Source: Oculina patagonica
Lineage: Eukaryota
Assembly (NCBI RefSeq): GCF_052425735.1
Contig: NC_135771.1
Location: 4,216,001 to 4,280,000 of the forward strand
Reading direction: 5' to 3'
Length of the DNA: 64,000 bases
Part shown: positions 1-14,900 of the stretch, piece after piece
Layout: the number at the start of each line of letters is the position of its first letter
Numbering within the stretch: position 1 is the first letter of the stretch
Position numbers and translations under genes: made by a program
The notes under the pieces: model-generated
The model's input: the letters and a program-made list of their open reading frames with translations, nothing else
Told to the model about the DNA's origin: nothing
Databases searched by the model: none

Positions 1-1
1 G

Positions 2-49
2 AAGAGGCTGGAAAAGAACAAGTCCATTGATGACCTCATTCCCAAATAA
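2..49 (+). CDS. Creatine kinase, C-terminal end of last exon (gene runs off the left edge); isoform undetermined
   Basis: Frame 2 reads KRLEKNKSIDDLIPK* (TAA 47-49), matching the conserved CK C-terminus (MEKRLE.G..IDD.IP) and the paralogue at 2733-2911. Confidence 0.8.
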   Translation, partial: KRLEKNKSIDDLIPK

Positions 50-409
50 GGAAGTTGTGACACATGCTGGGTTTTGCATCTGCTTTCTTGCATCGCTTTC
101 TCGCAGCTGTGCTTTTTACTGCTTTATAAACTGAGGCTTGTCGATATTCATAAATTAATGAAGCTAAGCGGTCACCAAACGCGCGCGTGATTTTATAAGA
201 GTGACCGCTGTGCAGTTTAACCGTGGCAGGTTTTGCTTGTCTGGCGGTGGGCTCACTGCACCTTGGCAAGCCGCCTGAAGTGACGAAGCAGAAAACATGC
301 TGTTGTTTAAAAAACGAAATAAAAACGTTAAAAGCTGTACCGGGTTGAATAATTATTTTGCTCGTTTTGGAAATAGCTGGCGAAAACTAAACGGTCCACA
401 AAATCAGGT

Positions 410-682
410 TAGAGCAGTTTTCAACTGAGTGTCGTAAAACCAAAACCAAGGTAATTACTCTGGCCAATCAGAATCACAAAGAACACAGACAATCCAGTGA
501 ACCAATGAAAACTCGAAGCAAATACACGTAGCCGGTACTAAGGGCGGGAAAACGTGCGCGAGTTTACTTCTGATTGGCTGAGGAAGTGGAGCAAGTTCAA
601 GTTTTGAGCCAATCACTAAGCGTAGTAACGTAAAACCAAAGCAAACGCAAATTACTTTCGACACTCAAGTGAAAATCGCACT
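410..682. mobile_element. Non-autonomous TIR element (MITE); second copy at 41187-41470
   Basis: Ends TAGAGCAGTTTTCAACTGAGTGTCG...CGACACTCAAGTGAAAATCGC are inverted repeats; colinear homologue at 41187-41470. Confidence 0.7.
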
Positions 683-2019
683 TATCTTTCCATTCCACAA
701 ATATTTCCAAAAAGGCAATAACAGCGTACTCCCGTCCTTCAATTCAACGAAACGAGAAGAGATCAAATGATCAAATACCGAACGTACAATCCAGTAATTA
801 GTGTGTTTGTTATACCCCTCCTGAAAACGGAGCGACTGCCTGTATTCTGGAACTTGCTTCCTCTCCATTAACTAGATTTCGTTGTTGTGCGCTAACACAA
901 GATAGCCCAAGACTTCCTGTTTAAGGCATATGTCATGTCTTTTCGGTATATATAAGAGGTACCTTTTTGCAGTAAAAGGTATACAAAAGGGGTGCCTTTT
1001 CTGTCAAAATGTTATATAAAAGGGTTAGGGATAAGACATCGGGGCGGAGCCTCCTCGTACAGAACTTTTTTTAGTAGCCCCCCCCCCCCTCTCCCCCGGG
1101 GGGATAAGCGCATGCGTCGGACTCCGGATGATCACATACAGATGTAAAGTCACAAAACTGGTTAACAGTTCCGATCAATAATTGACCATTTGCCTGGACC
1201 TCGATGGTATATACTTCTTTGCTTGCGTCACACAGACAATCCAGTAAATGGTCACTTAAGGCTCAGATCGTAGAGGGTTTTAATAACTTGATCTAAATTT
1301 ACATTTGTTACATACGCTGCTCCGCTAGCAAACATGCGTCTCATCACATGTTTCTTCTCGTCTTTCCAATTCTGTCCTAGAGGAGCTGGATATTTCAAAC
1401 GAGAAGCTTTCAACATAACTTTATCAACATATCACAACAGTCCCAATCCTCTCCCAAGTAGCATAGAGAGCGGGCCATGGGATTCTGTGCTTCGATCAAC
1501 GTGACGCAAAACGAAACGAAACATTTAACGAGACGCGTTGAATGCTTGAGGGGATTCAGGTCTAGGAACAAAACTCCCTTCCTCGCTAAAAAATATGGCA
1601 ATCGGGTGGGGAACAAACCAAACGTTGTTGTTCTCTGAAACTGGCGGTACTTCTTACGGGCTAGTTGATGAACTACATTGTTGACTTCTTTCAGGGTGTC
1701 TAGTACCTCTGGACTACTTAGCGTATAATTGTTTCGACAGCCATGCGAAAAATCCTCTGCCTTAGAGAATAAACCAATTACAAAAGGAAATACATCGAAT
1801 TTGCCTCCATCACGCCTCGCGCATAAACCCTTTGCTACCCTCTTTGAACCAATTTGTTCTCCAATAAATTTCGTTTCCTTACGTGCTGGATGATTCTCCG
1901 GTCTGGTCTGAATCGGAATAGTAAGGGTTGATCCGAGTGTCAGGTTGTCGAAAAGTTTTTCCTTTTCAGGACAACTCTGACCGAAATGATCACACAAAAG
2001 GACTATAAAAAAACGGCAC

Positions 2020-2358
2020 GAAAAATTGGATTGAGCCCATACCTTAGGGTAAAGGTAGTAAAGTTCGTCTTTGCCAAACCTTTGAGATATCTTTGATTGT
2101 GACAAAGACCGTCTTTGATTTTCCGCTTTGGACGCTTATCAAAGCTGTGACAAAGGAATAGTGAAATGTGACTTTTGACTTGGGACAAACATGCCTTTGT
2201 CTCGCGTCAAATCTAACTTTGACGCACATCAAATCCCTGTCAAAGGCGATATCAAAGGACTTGCATACCTTTGACATCTGTGTCAAAGATAGTCATCCAT
2301 ATTTGTCTCACCTTTGACGCGAGTCAAAACGGAGCAAATCCAAATTTTTATTGCCGTG
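2020..2358. mobile_element. Probable MITE with internal TTTGAC/GTCAAA motifs
   Basis: Left ACGGCACGAAAAATTGGATT resembles the reverse complement of right AAATCCAAATTTTTTATTGCCGTG. Confidence 0.45.
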
Positions 2359-2732
2359 ATTGAAGCAATATATGACAACGTTGTTCTCACATTAAATCAT
2401 TTTATTTACAACTTGTCCAGCCTTTTTACGCAATGTAATTCCGATGCGACGAACAACGCTTATTCCTATACCTACATTTGATGGAGGGTCAAATTAATAT
2501 TTTGCGATTAAGGGTATTGAGAGAGGAAAAGATCTTTAATATTTTACTATTCGTCTGCTGCCGGTTTTTGCACTGTTTTATATACATGCAGTTACGCCCT
2601 CGTTAGGCAATAAAACTTGCCACGAACAACTGCAAAGCTATTTTATATTTGTCGTTATCCGTTTGCCGTTTATGTAGTCCTGTCCGGTTCAAAATTTCCG
2701 TGTTTCCATCTTCATTTCTAAAGCCAAGTGTT

Positions 2733-5700
2733 TTATTTGGATGGCGGAACAAGGTCGTTAATAGGTCGGTTATTTTCCAGTCTCATCTCCATGGCAATAA
2801 GAAGATTGATGCCGTCAATCACTTTCTGAACAAGTTCTACCTCGGAGAAACCCAGTCTGTCCAAATTGGAAATATCAAAAACACCTCCTTTTGCTGCAGT
2901 GTCTACACCTCCTGTTGAGTTAGAAGGTTGTATTGATGAGCATTTTTCAAAGCAATCATTGACATTTAAACTTTACACACAACGCACGTTGTCTTCCCTG
3001 TTGTCAACAACAACAACAACAGCAACAATCTTTTTTCGTCGTCTGTCCACACGAGAGTAAAAAAATCGTCGCGCGAAATTGGGGTGAGGCAGATCGAAGG
3101 GAAGGGCCCCAGGTTTCGCGCGGCTTTTTCCTGTTTTTGTGCGCTATTCGGAAAGCAGGCGCAGCTCGTAGTCTACGTTCTGCCTCGACCCCAGGCGTCC
3201 TCCTTCTTGGTCGTGCACGGTTCGCTTGGCGTGTGCGACGCGCGCACGGTTCGCTTGGCGTGTGGGACTGACGTGCATGGTTCGCTTGGATAGTGGTTGT
3301 GGGCCTAATACGGACGGGAATACGGACTAGCTCCCCAACCATCAACCCCCGCGCTCCCTGTTTTTCCGCCTTAACCGGCCGGCCAACCGGCGCCTGGGGA
3401 CGAGGCAGGTCAACGTTGTTTAAGGGTATTTTAAATAAAGCGTTAACTCTATACAGAGGTATTCGCAGATTCGATGGTTTAGCATTTCTTCTATTAAGGA
3501 ATTTCAAATACATTTCGCCTTTTAAATCGTACGTTTTCCGCCCGTCTCAAACAGGCAACAAACAAACAATCAAGCAAACAAAGAAACAGAAAACAAAATG
3601 AAAAACTTACCAGTGCCACGTTTCTGTAATCGTAACATCTCTAGAACCTCGTCAAATCGCGGATGCTGTAAAATAAGCGCAGTAATCTCCGTGGTGAGAT
3701 TGTAATCTTACAATTTAACCTTTTCTGACAAAAACCTAAACACCTTTTTTCTTTTTCTTAAAATAAGCGTATTTCCCCAACTCCTTTATCTGCAACATTC
3801 TGTTTGTTGAAATTTCCTTCCGCATTTGTACTAAAATAAACAGTTTTTAACATATCAGTCTTGCAGCTAAATTACTCTTATTGAAACGTGTTGGCTAAAA
3901 CATAACGACAGTAATATGAAATCGGATTGCTTTAAAATGGCATTTAAACCGTACAGTGGAGTCTCTGAGTGTCAGTAGCCTGCGTAAAAGGCGTAGGAAA
4001 GGCGTGGGGGAGAGAGGAGGGAGAAAATTGGGGGAGAAAACGGAGGAGGTGATTACCCCACACCCCACATTTATACGCCTGCAGTATGTAGGCAAGGACT
4101 AAGGTGTCAGAGGCTTTTCTCGCGCGCGTGCATACCTTCTATTATTTTTGAGCAGTAGTTAATAAAAAAATATAGAACATGAAGAAGGTTAGTACCTTGC
4201 CTAGATGTGGTAATCTAATATGCACTCCAGCTCTTAGTCCTGTTCCAAGGTTGGAAGGACAAGTAAGAATATATCCCAAGTGTTGATTCCACATGTACTC
4301 GTGCCCTTTACGCTGAATAAGTCTCTCCACTTCATTCAGGCCGCGACAGAAGCGATCAAACACTGCACGCATGTCTCCTCCCTTCTCCATGGAAATGACG
4401 CGCGTGTGATCTTCCTCGTTGATCCAAACAAGGAAGTTTTTGTCGACGTTATGCCAGATTCCACGCGCGTCTGGCCAGTCACGTGCCATGCCGGCGCACG
4501 TGAGAAGCGGGGAGACTGGTTTGTCAAACAGGAAGTGATCGTCGATCAACTGTTGTTGCTCTTCCGGTGTCATCTCGCTCAGTGGATAGTAGCGACCAGA
4601 TAAATCACCTGGAAATTGCAACAAATTTTGACTTGTACAATTATTCCATGGCAAGCTATAAAACTTTGTTTCATGTGGCCCATGCTTGGCTTTCCTCACG
4701 GGGGCGCGCGCGCATTTGGAAAAAATATCCATCTAGGTAAGTGCACAGACAAGCGCACAGATGACAAAGGCCCGGCAAAACGAGAAAACATTTTTTCCAG
4801 AAACATGCTTCCATAATTTTTTCCTCTTTTTGCCATGGTTCCATCCCACGCGAAAACGCAGAATGTTTCTGCGGTGTAGCAGAAGCAATTTTTTTTTTGG
4901 AGACAATACTTCCTGTATGGCAAAACTGGGAAACATTAGGGAAACATGCGCGCGCTACGAGTTTTGTGAAAACACGTTTTATCGTTTTGCGAGGCCTTTA
5001 ACTTCAGCTAAGCAAAGAATACACTCGGGTGGTTAGAAAATAGGATTTTCATCCATAGTCTTTACGTTATCAGCTCCAACTTGTTTAGAATTTAGTGGCA
5101 ATGCGAGTGCGTCAAATTGTATTCGAGCATTAAGAACGCTATTTTTCCAAAAGCGCGCGGGTACTCTAAAACTAAGGAAAACCCTATGTTTTTCAGTTAC
5201 CCATGCATATTTTTAATACCATTCTGTACACCAGTTTGCAGTACTTTTTCAAGGTGAGAATTGGCGCAATATTTGGTGTTCGCATTAGAATCAGCTTGAA
5301 TTACATACCTTTTAGTCCAGCAAGTGCTCTGGTAACAATTTTCTCAATTTTTCTTCTTTCCGCCCTTGAACAATGTGGCGGCAAACTAAGGCCCTTGATG
5401 GATCTGCCAGTCCGAACACGGGAAGACAGCACATACTTTGCATCAAACTTTCCGCCGCGAATTTTGGACGAGTCCAGGTCAGTCTTGTGCAAATCCGTTT
5501 TTTTGAAGCCATTGTGGCGCTCTTCAATGATTGGGTCAAAAAGTTCTGCGAAAGTGTCGTACGACTCTTCATCCCCGGCTACTGCTCCCACGGTGAGGAT
5601 AAAGGGATGCCCTGGATTATCCACTCCTGTTTGAATGGCCTTGTCTAGTGTAAATCCACTCGCTGTCTTTCTGTCTCGTAGTTTAGTGTATAGTCGTGGT

Positions 5701-5906
5701 GTCAGATGTTTTGACATCAAGTTGTTGTACTGGCGCAGGTCAGGATAATCCGCTATCGGGATGAAACTTTGTTTGGATTTTTTGCCGCGCGCTGAGGAAC
5801 ACCAGCTGAATTTGTAAATGCCGAATCCCAAGGCGATAGCGCCAACAGCCGCGGCACCATATATGACATTTTTGTCGTTTTGAAGTAAAGAACAAATGGC
5901 CGACAT
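2733..5906 (-). CDS. CKMT: Creatine kinase, mitochondrial-type, 4 coding exons, ~414 aa
   Basis: Exons 5906-5309, 4608-4196, 3665-3611, 2911-2733, all GT-AG and phase-consistent (1245 nt). Motifs [53 protein letters not shown]-terminal extension with hydrophobic [20 protein letters not shown] as in mitochondrial CKs. Start context CGCCATG. Confidence 0.93.
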
Positions 5907-8090
5907 GGCGAACTTAGCTTGGAGGAGACATGTGAATGGTCCACCCAAATGTAAGTGATTTGAGCAAATCGTAATTAGAGTAAATTATTACGTCATGAAT
6001 TGAAGTGGAAAATTAATTTCAAGGAAATGTATTACATGATTGTAGCAAATTCAGTTATCCAACCCTTTTACCTTCAGAGTCAAGCCTTAAATAATGTTAT
6101 CTAGTTCAAAGATTTTAGTCTTAAAAATTCCAACGCCCTCTTCTTTCTCTCAATATATCTATGCAACGTATGAATTAGCACGTCTCTCCCCAGTCCCCCT
6201 CGAAAATTCAAATAAAGACTTTTAGCGGTATTTTCTTATACCATTCGTTGTTCAGCTTGTTCAAGAGATGATGATCTGAGAGCGATGTCTGACATTTACG
6301 AGGGCCCCGGGGATCAGGTCCATGTTTCCTTGCTTCCAACAAAATTTTCCTTGTGTTCCCTAAAAGCACTTCTTCTATTTTTGCGTTCCATGTTCCTTTT
6401 AAATATGTGCTTTTGTTCAAATGTTCTCAGAATTATTTTTCTTTTGTTTTCATGTTTCCAAAAAGTTTTAAATCCCCATGTTCCCTGAAACCCCTGGGGA
6501 GGCTGAACTGCAGACTGCAGACCAAACCATCACCATTATTGAGAGCTAACCATAAACATGGAAACTAGAGTGTTATCAAGCTACTGCTTTCATGAGGGAC
6601 GGCGGAGATTTCTCCAGGTGGGGGGCTACTAGTGACTTGAAGTGGGGGGGCAGAGACCCCAGAGGGAGGGGGGGCAGCCCCCCAGCCCCCCGCCCGCCGC
6701 CCGACCTGGGGCAGAGCAGGCTAACCAGAGCCTGTTCAGGCCAACCAGAGGAGCGATGTCAGACAGCCCAAGAAGGGACCCCTAATCTAGTATAGTTTCA
6801 TGCCATGCTTGAACAAGTTGTATTTAGCTACTTCTGATTGGGGTTCCATACTCTCCAAATTTATTGTTTTTGAGACAAAAAAAGACTGCTCTACAACATT
6901 TTACAGTGTTAGTTTATTTGCTTACAAGCACATTTTCATTCCATAGTACTATCCGAGATATCTGCATCCAAGTTCATGAAATGCTTTGCATAATTTCCTA
7001 GATGACACACAAAAGCTTGAAAGACATATTAAAACCATTAGAACCACTACACAAAATTGGCTGAGCAACATGCATTGTTATATTGAACACATTATTAAAG
7101 AAGGAAGTATAAATACAAGGGTTTTCCATAATGTTTTTCCTCTAAATTCTGCAAATATCTTTCCATACATGTTTTGTTCAACATCTGTATGATCATGTTC
7201 CCAAACTTTGCAGACGATAATCACAGCATATTTTACACTAACTTAATACAATAAACCACTACGATAACTATTAAAAGACTAAAAAACTGAGCAGTGGTTT
7301 TTTCCTACAAGTCTAGCTTTTTTTTTTTTTTTTGGGGGGGGGGGAGGGTTTACTGTGTATTTTCCAAGGCCCCTCTCCCCCTCAACAAACAGTCCAAACA
7401 TTTCTGGGAGCTGCCTTTTAACTGTTGTTAGTATATACCACACAAAAGTGAAAAGTGCATTTCGTGCACGCTGATTGGTTAACTTGGAGGTGATTAGCAA
7501 AGTACTATTCACCTCCGAGCAGCTAAAGAGAAACAAACTGCCTTTGCATGTCCCTTTGTTTACCGAAAGTGATGTTTTAGTCCGCTAGTTATTCAACTTG
7601 TGTGGTATCCACCAAAACAATTATTCACCTCAGTGTCGGTGAATGTGGTGTATATTTACCTCGCCAGTTTGCAGCTCGGTAAATATCCACCACAATTCAT
7701 CTCCTCTTTGGTGAAAAATTGTTAACAATATTATTATTTTGCTTTTTTGAATGTCCCCCAGGTTATTTTTTCCAACAATAATGAGCAGTCTCTTAGGGGC
7801 CTTATTATGCCTACTCCTGGTATCTTCACATATTTTTAGCCTTTCTCAACCTAATTTTCTCAAAGAGGCTTAAAAGATTTGAGTGTGAGTATAAGAAGGC
7901 ATGAATAGTTATCAATACATGTCTAACATAACATGATTATGATGTTTGTTTGTCCATAATTGTCTTAGTGAGTTAATGCATGGTGTCTTTTTAACACAGC
8001 ATTGCAAAGCGACTCTGCTGAATCTCATTACATCTGTTCACAAATTACTGTTCTGAAGCCAGATCACTAGCGGCACCTTAGTTTGATTTG

Positions 8091-9986
<1,896 letters not shown>

Positions 9987-10239
9987 CTAATATGTTTGAT
10001 TCTTTTCCCACAGAATTCAAGAGAAGAGAACTTTGTAGAGACCTAAATACAAAAAGACACGATCAAGCTTCAACCTTTCTAAACGTCGATTTCAACGATT
10101 TGTCGTTCTAGAGCCCGCTATACTTATGGTCAGCACCAAGATCACGCGTAGATACGTCATGTAGTTAACATATAGTGGTTTGACTAAATCCCATATAAGG
10201 AATATATAGGAGAGGATACACAGCACTAAACAGCTGTAT

Positions 10240-12496
10240 ATGGCCATACAAAAGCTATACATAGCCCTACATAGCCCTACATAGCCGTACATAGCCCTAC
10301 ATAGTCCTACATAGCCCTACATAGCCCTACATAGTCGTACATAGCCGTACATAGCCCTACATAGCCGTACATAGCCCTACATAGCCGTACATAGCCCTAC
10401 ATAGCCGTACATAGCCGTACATAGCCCTACATAGCCGTACATAGCCCTACATAGTCCTACATAGCCCTACATAGCCCTACATAGCCGTACATAGCCCTAC
10501 ATAGCCGTACATAGCCCTACATAGCCCTACATAGCCCTACGTAGCCGTACATAGCCGTACATAGCCCTACATAGTCCTACATAGCCCTACATAGCCCTAC
10601 ATAGTCGTACATAGCCGTACATAGCCGTACATAGCCGTACATAGCCGTACATAGCCGTACATAGCCCTACATAGCCGTACATAGCCGTACATAGCCCTAC
10701 ATAGCCGTACATAGCCCTACATAGTCCTACATAGCCCTACATAGCCCTACATAGCCGTACATAGCCCTACATAGCCGTACATAGCCCTACATAGCCCTAC
10801 ATAGCCCTACGTAGCCGTACATAGCCGTACATAGCCCTACATAGCCCTACATAGCCCTACATAGCCGTACATAGCCCTACATAGCCGTACATAGCCCTAC
10901 ATAGCCCTACATAGTCGTACATAGCCCTACATAGCCCTACATAGTCGTACATAGCCGTACATAGCCGTACATAGCCGTACATAGTCCTACATAGTCGTAC
11001 ATAGCCGTACATAGCCGTACATAGCCCTACATAGCCCTACATAGCCCTACATAGCCCTACATAGCCCTACATAGCCCTACATAGCCCTACATAGCCGTAC
11101 ATAGCCCTACATAGTCCTACATAGCCGTACATAGCCCTACATAGCCGTACATAGCCCTACATAGCCCTACATAGTCCTACATAGCCCTACATAGCCCTAC
11201 ATAGCCCTACATAGCCCTACATAGTCCTACATAGCCCTACATAGCCCTACATAGCCCTACATAGCCCTGCATAGCCCTACATAGCCCTACATAGCCGTAC
11301 ATAGCCGTACATAGCCCTACATAGTCCTACATAGCCGTACATAGCCCTACATAGCCGTACATAGCCCTACATAGCCCTACATAGCCCTACATAGCCCTAC
11401 ATAGCCCTACATAGCCGTACATAGCCGTACATAGCCCTACATAGCCGTACATAGCCCTACATAGTCCTACATAGCCCTACATAGCCCTTCATAGTCGTAC
11501 ATAGCCGTACATAGCCCTACATAGCCGTAAATAGCCGTACATAGCCCTACATAGCCGTACATAGCCCTACATAGTCCTACATAGCCGTACATAGCCCTAC
11601 ATAGCCGTACATAGCCGTACATAGCCCTACATAGCCCTACATAGCCCTACATAGCCCTACATAGTCGTACATAGCCGTACATAGCCGTACATAGCCCTAC
11701 ATAGCCGTACATAGCCGTACATAGCCCTACATAGTCCTACATAGCCCTACATAGCCCTACATTGCCCTACATAGCCGTACATAGCCGTACATAGCCGTAC
11801 ATAGCCCTACATAGTCCTACATAGCCCTACATAGCCCTACATAGCCCTACATAGCCTTACATAGCCCTACATAGCCCTACATAGCCCTACATAGCCGTAC
11901 ATAGCCCTACATAGTCCTACATAGCCCTACATAGCCCTACATAGCCTTACATAGCCCTACATAGCCCTACATAGCCGTACATAGCCCTACATAGCCCTAC
12001 ATAGCCGTACATAGCCTTACATAGCCCTACATAGCCCTACATAGTCCTACATAGCCCTACATAGCCCTACATAGCCTTACATAGCCCTACATAGCCGTAC
12101 ATAGCCGTACATAGTCGTACATAGCCCTACATAGCCGTACATAGCCGTACATACTCCTACATAGCCCTACATAGCCCTACATAGCCCTACATAGCCCTAC
12201 ATAGTCCTACATAGCCCTACATAGCCTTACATAGTCGTACATAGCCGTACATAGCCCTACATAGCCCTACATAGCCCTACATAGCCGTACATAGCCCTAC
12301 ATATCCCTACATAGCCCTACATAGCCCTACAGTGGACCCCCCTATTCACACCCTCCTACATAGCCGTACATAGCCGTACATAGCCATACATAGCCCTACA
12401 TAGCCCTACATAGCCCTACTTAGCCGTACATAGCCCTACATAGCCGTACATAGTCCTACATAGCTATACATAGCCGTACATAGCCCTACATAGCTA
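10240..12496 (+). repeat. 10-bp tandem array (ATAGCCCTAC/ATAGCCGTAC/ATAGTCCTAC), ~225 units
   Basis: Directly visible; one ~26-bp interruption at 12331-12356. Confidence 0.99.
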
Positions 12497-13953
12497 TTTT
12501 TTATTTATTATTATTTTTTCTTTTTTATTGATAGTCACACATATATAGTTATATTACAATGCAGTTAATGGTAAAGCTACGTAATAATAAATTACAGTGG
12601 AGAATAAAGAGAAGAGAGAAAAAAAGAACTGAGAAGGAGTATGGATACTCCGTATACAAGTTTTAACCTAAGTTTTCTAGCATGTACTTACTTAAAATTC
12701 TACTTACAAAATCTGTTATAAGGAGAGACTTATTATGCAACTTATTGGTATAAATAAAATATCGGGCATATAGCAAGGTAAAATTAAGTTTTTTTCACTA
12801 GCTTCTTATTAGGTAGGTTGGAAGTAACCCCAAATAAATATATCTGAACTGACGGCATGAAGATAGACTGATTGCAGTTATTAAACCATTGCACCACTTT
12901 TGACAAGAAGTCTTTAGTAAAATGACAATTTGAGAAGGTGTGTTCTATCGAATCTGGTTCTCCACAATATAAACACTCGCTGTCGTCTTTAAACCAAAAA
13001 TGCAGAGTTTTTTTTTAGTAACAACAACTCGATGCAGAAATTTAAATTGGATCTCTCAGCTTGTTTTCTTTGGAAACCTGTTGAAGTGATCTGAAAATTC
13101 TTTCCCACTGTTCTGCCTTTATTGGCAAGGATTTACCCCATTTCATCGGTCCAGTATGTGAACAATTATGAACTTTCGTATTCAAAAACCTGTAAAAATC
13201 CTTTATCTTGGCTGTTTCAAAATTTACCTTAGTTGAATCATCAAGTTTGAAAATTGAGTTGTTTTCCAAAAAGATATTCTTAGGAAAAGATTGTAGGCAA
13301 TTGTTCCTTGTCCTAGACAGCAAACTGTTTGGAATTGCACTAGCAACTTGATAGTAATTTAAAAAGTTAGTTTTACATTTTTATTTCGTTTTAAATGCTT
13401 TATATGAGAGCAGCTGGCCTTGTTCATCTAACAGGTCACTGATGGAGATAATCCCTTTTGAGAACCATTCGTTGATAAAAAATGTTTTGCCATCTATTAG
13501 TGTTTCTCGGTTGTTAAATAAAGCCATTTGCCCCAGATCATATTTATAAAGAGTTTTAAGCTCGTCGAAGAAGAATAGCATGTCCTTATAAAAAGTTGGT
13601 AGTTTAGAATTCAGCAGAGATACATCATAATTACATCGTAATAAGAAGTTCAGTCCACCTAGCTTTCTCAGGAAATAGTCGGGTACAGATTTCCAGTTGA
13701 AATTTCCTTGTTTCAACAGACGTGGAATCCATGCCAGACGCATAGCCTTTATCATTAAATCGAGGTCGGGCATGCGAAGTCCCCCTTTCTCATAATCTTG
13801 ATATAAGCTCTCTCTTTTAATTTTATCTCTTTTTTTGTTCCAAAGAAAACTGAAGAGTTTCTTTTTGACAATTTGGGTAGTATCCTTAGGCACACTGATG
13901 TTAGATGCTGAGTATAGAATTTGTGACAATCCTAAACATTTTACAATCAACAC
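12497..13953 (-). mobile_element. 5'-truncated, frameshifted Tx1/L1-like non-LTR retrotransposon (3' part of ORF2)
   Basis: ORFs 13381-13953 and 13042-13323 (FLWNKKRDKIKR, YEKGGLRMPD, RLAWIPRL), zinc-binding CLYCGEPDSIEHTFSNC near 12925-12980, and an A-rich tail (T-rich on +) at ~12497-12530. Confidence 0.85.
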
Positions 13954-14194
13954 TTACTTGTTTACCGCTGTTTGTTTCATATTTTTAATGTAGTTACGAT
14001 GGCCTAAAACAAAGAGTCCTTAGCTTATGAGCATCCCTGATACTAGTGTTTCTCAGCATTAATATTAAAATAAAAAAATAAAACATAATATATGTAACAA
14101 AAAATACTAAGAGAAACTATGTACAAATGAAATGCTATATGAGAGTCTATGTACAAATTGTGTCTGTCATTTTCTTCATATCCTTGTTTAAATT

Positions 14195-14350
14195 ATTCCA
14201 TACGATCCACAAGTGGTAAAACAGCTCTGCGCCAGTACTGCTTGGGCGTGTCTGCTGATACTCCCCCATTGACGCGGTGTTCTTTGGCTAAAGCTATTCG
14301 CGGCATTTTTTGTTTTATCCACATTCGGCTGCCATTTCCTTTGCGCGCTC
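14195..14350 (-). pseudogene. Short hAT-superfamily (THAP12/P52rIPK, ZMYM1-like) transposase relic
   Basis: Minus strand reads ELYERAKEMAAECG, then after a stop/frameshift MPRIALAKEHRVNGGVSADTPKQYWRRAVLPLVD, resembling the PR..RQ.HR.N.PA.TP..YWRR....P.LD block. Recognised by eye. Confidence 0.55.
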
Positions 14351-14449
14351 ATAAAGTTCCTACCAAATCATCGGGTCAGAAAAAGTTTAGAGAAAAAAAC
14401 ACCATAACGCGTAGAAAAATTACACTACTTTGAAACCCTTTGCATTTCT

Positions 14450-14900
14450 TCTTTAATGTAAAAAAATCTGGGAAATTCTGATAAGCAGTTGCGTACTTTG
14501 TAGGCAGATACGCCCCTGTTTTTACACCACGATATTTAAAGGAGCGCTGACTGGCAGCAATTCTGCAAGATGGAGTCATTTAAGGCTGCCTCTTTGTCTT
14601 CTTCGCTGTCAGGGATAGTAGACCAAGTACATTAATTGTCTCAAAAATAGCACGACCCGGATCATTGACCAGCAGTCTTTGATTTACATCTAGCCATCAA
14701 TGTGATCTTGAAACTGCACAAATATGATCATATGATCAAAACAAACCTGGCTGCAAATTGTGAACAAGCTGAAGCTTACATATGGTAGTCGCTAACGTAT
14801 CACTCCAATAATGACTGGATAGTTGCAAGGGGAAACTTCTTGAGCATTCAATTTATTTGTACTCCGATTATATATGGTAAAATACAAAACTAGCATTAAT
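14450..14900 (-). mobile_element. Degenerate L2/CR1/Crack-type LINE 3' fragment
   Basis: Remnants KLQLVHNFAAR..YDHI and PSCRIAASQRSFKYRGVK, typical of L2/Crack ORF2 C-termini; many stops. Confidence 0.6.

Noticed and set aside
6596-6712. G/C-run segment with G-quadruplex potential
   Set aside because: Resembles GC-rich MITE ends common in this window; no evidence of function.
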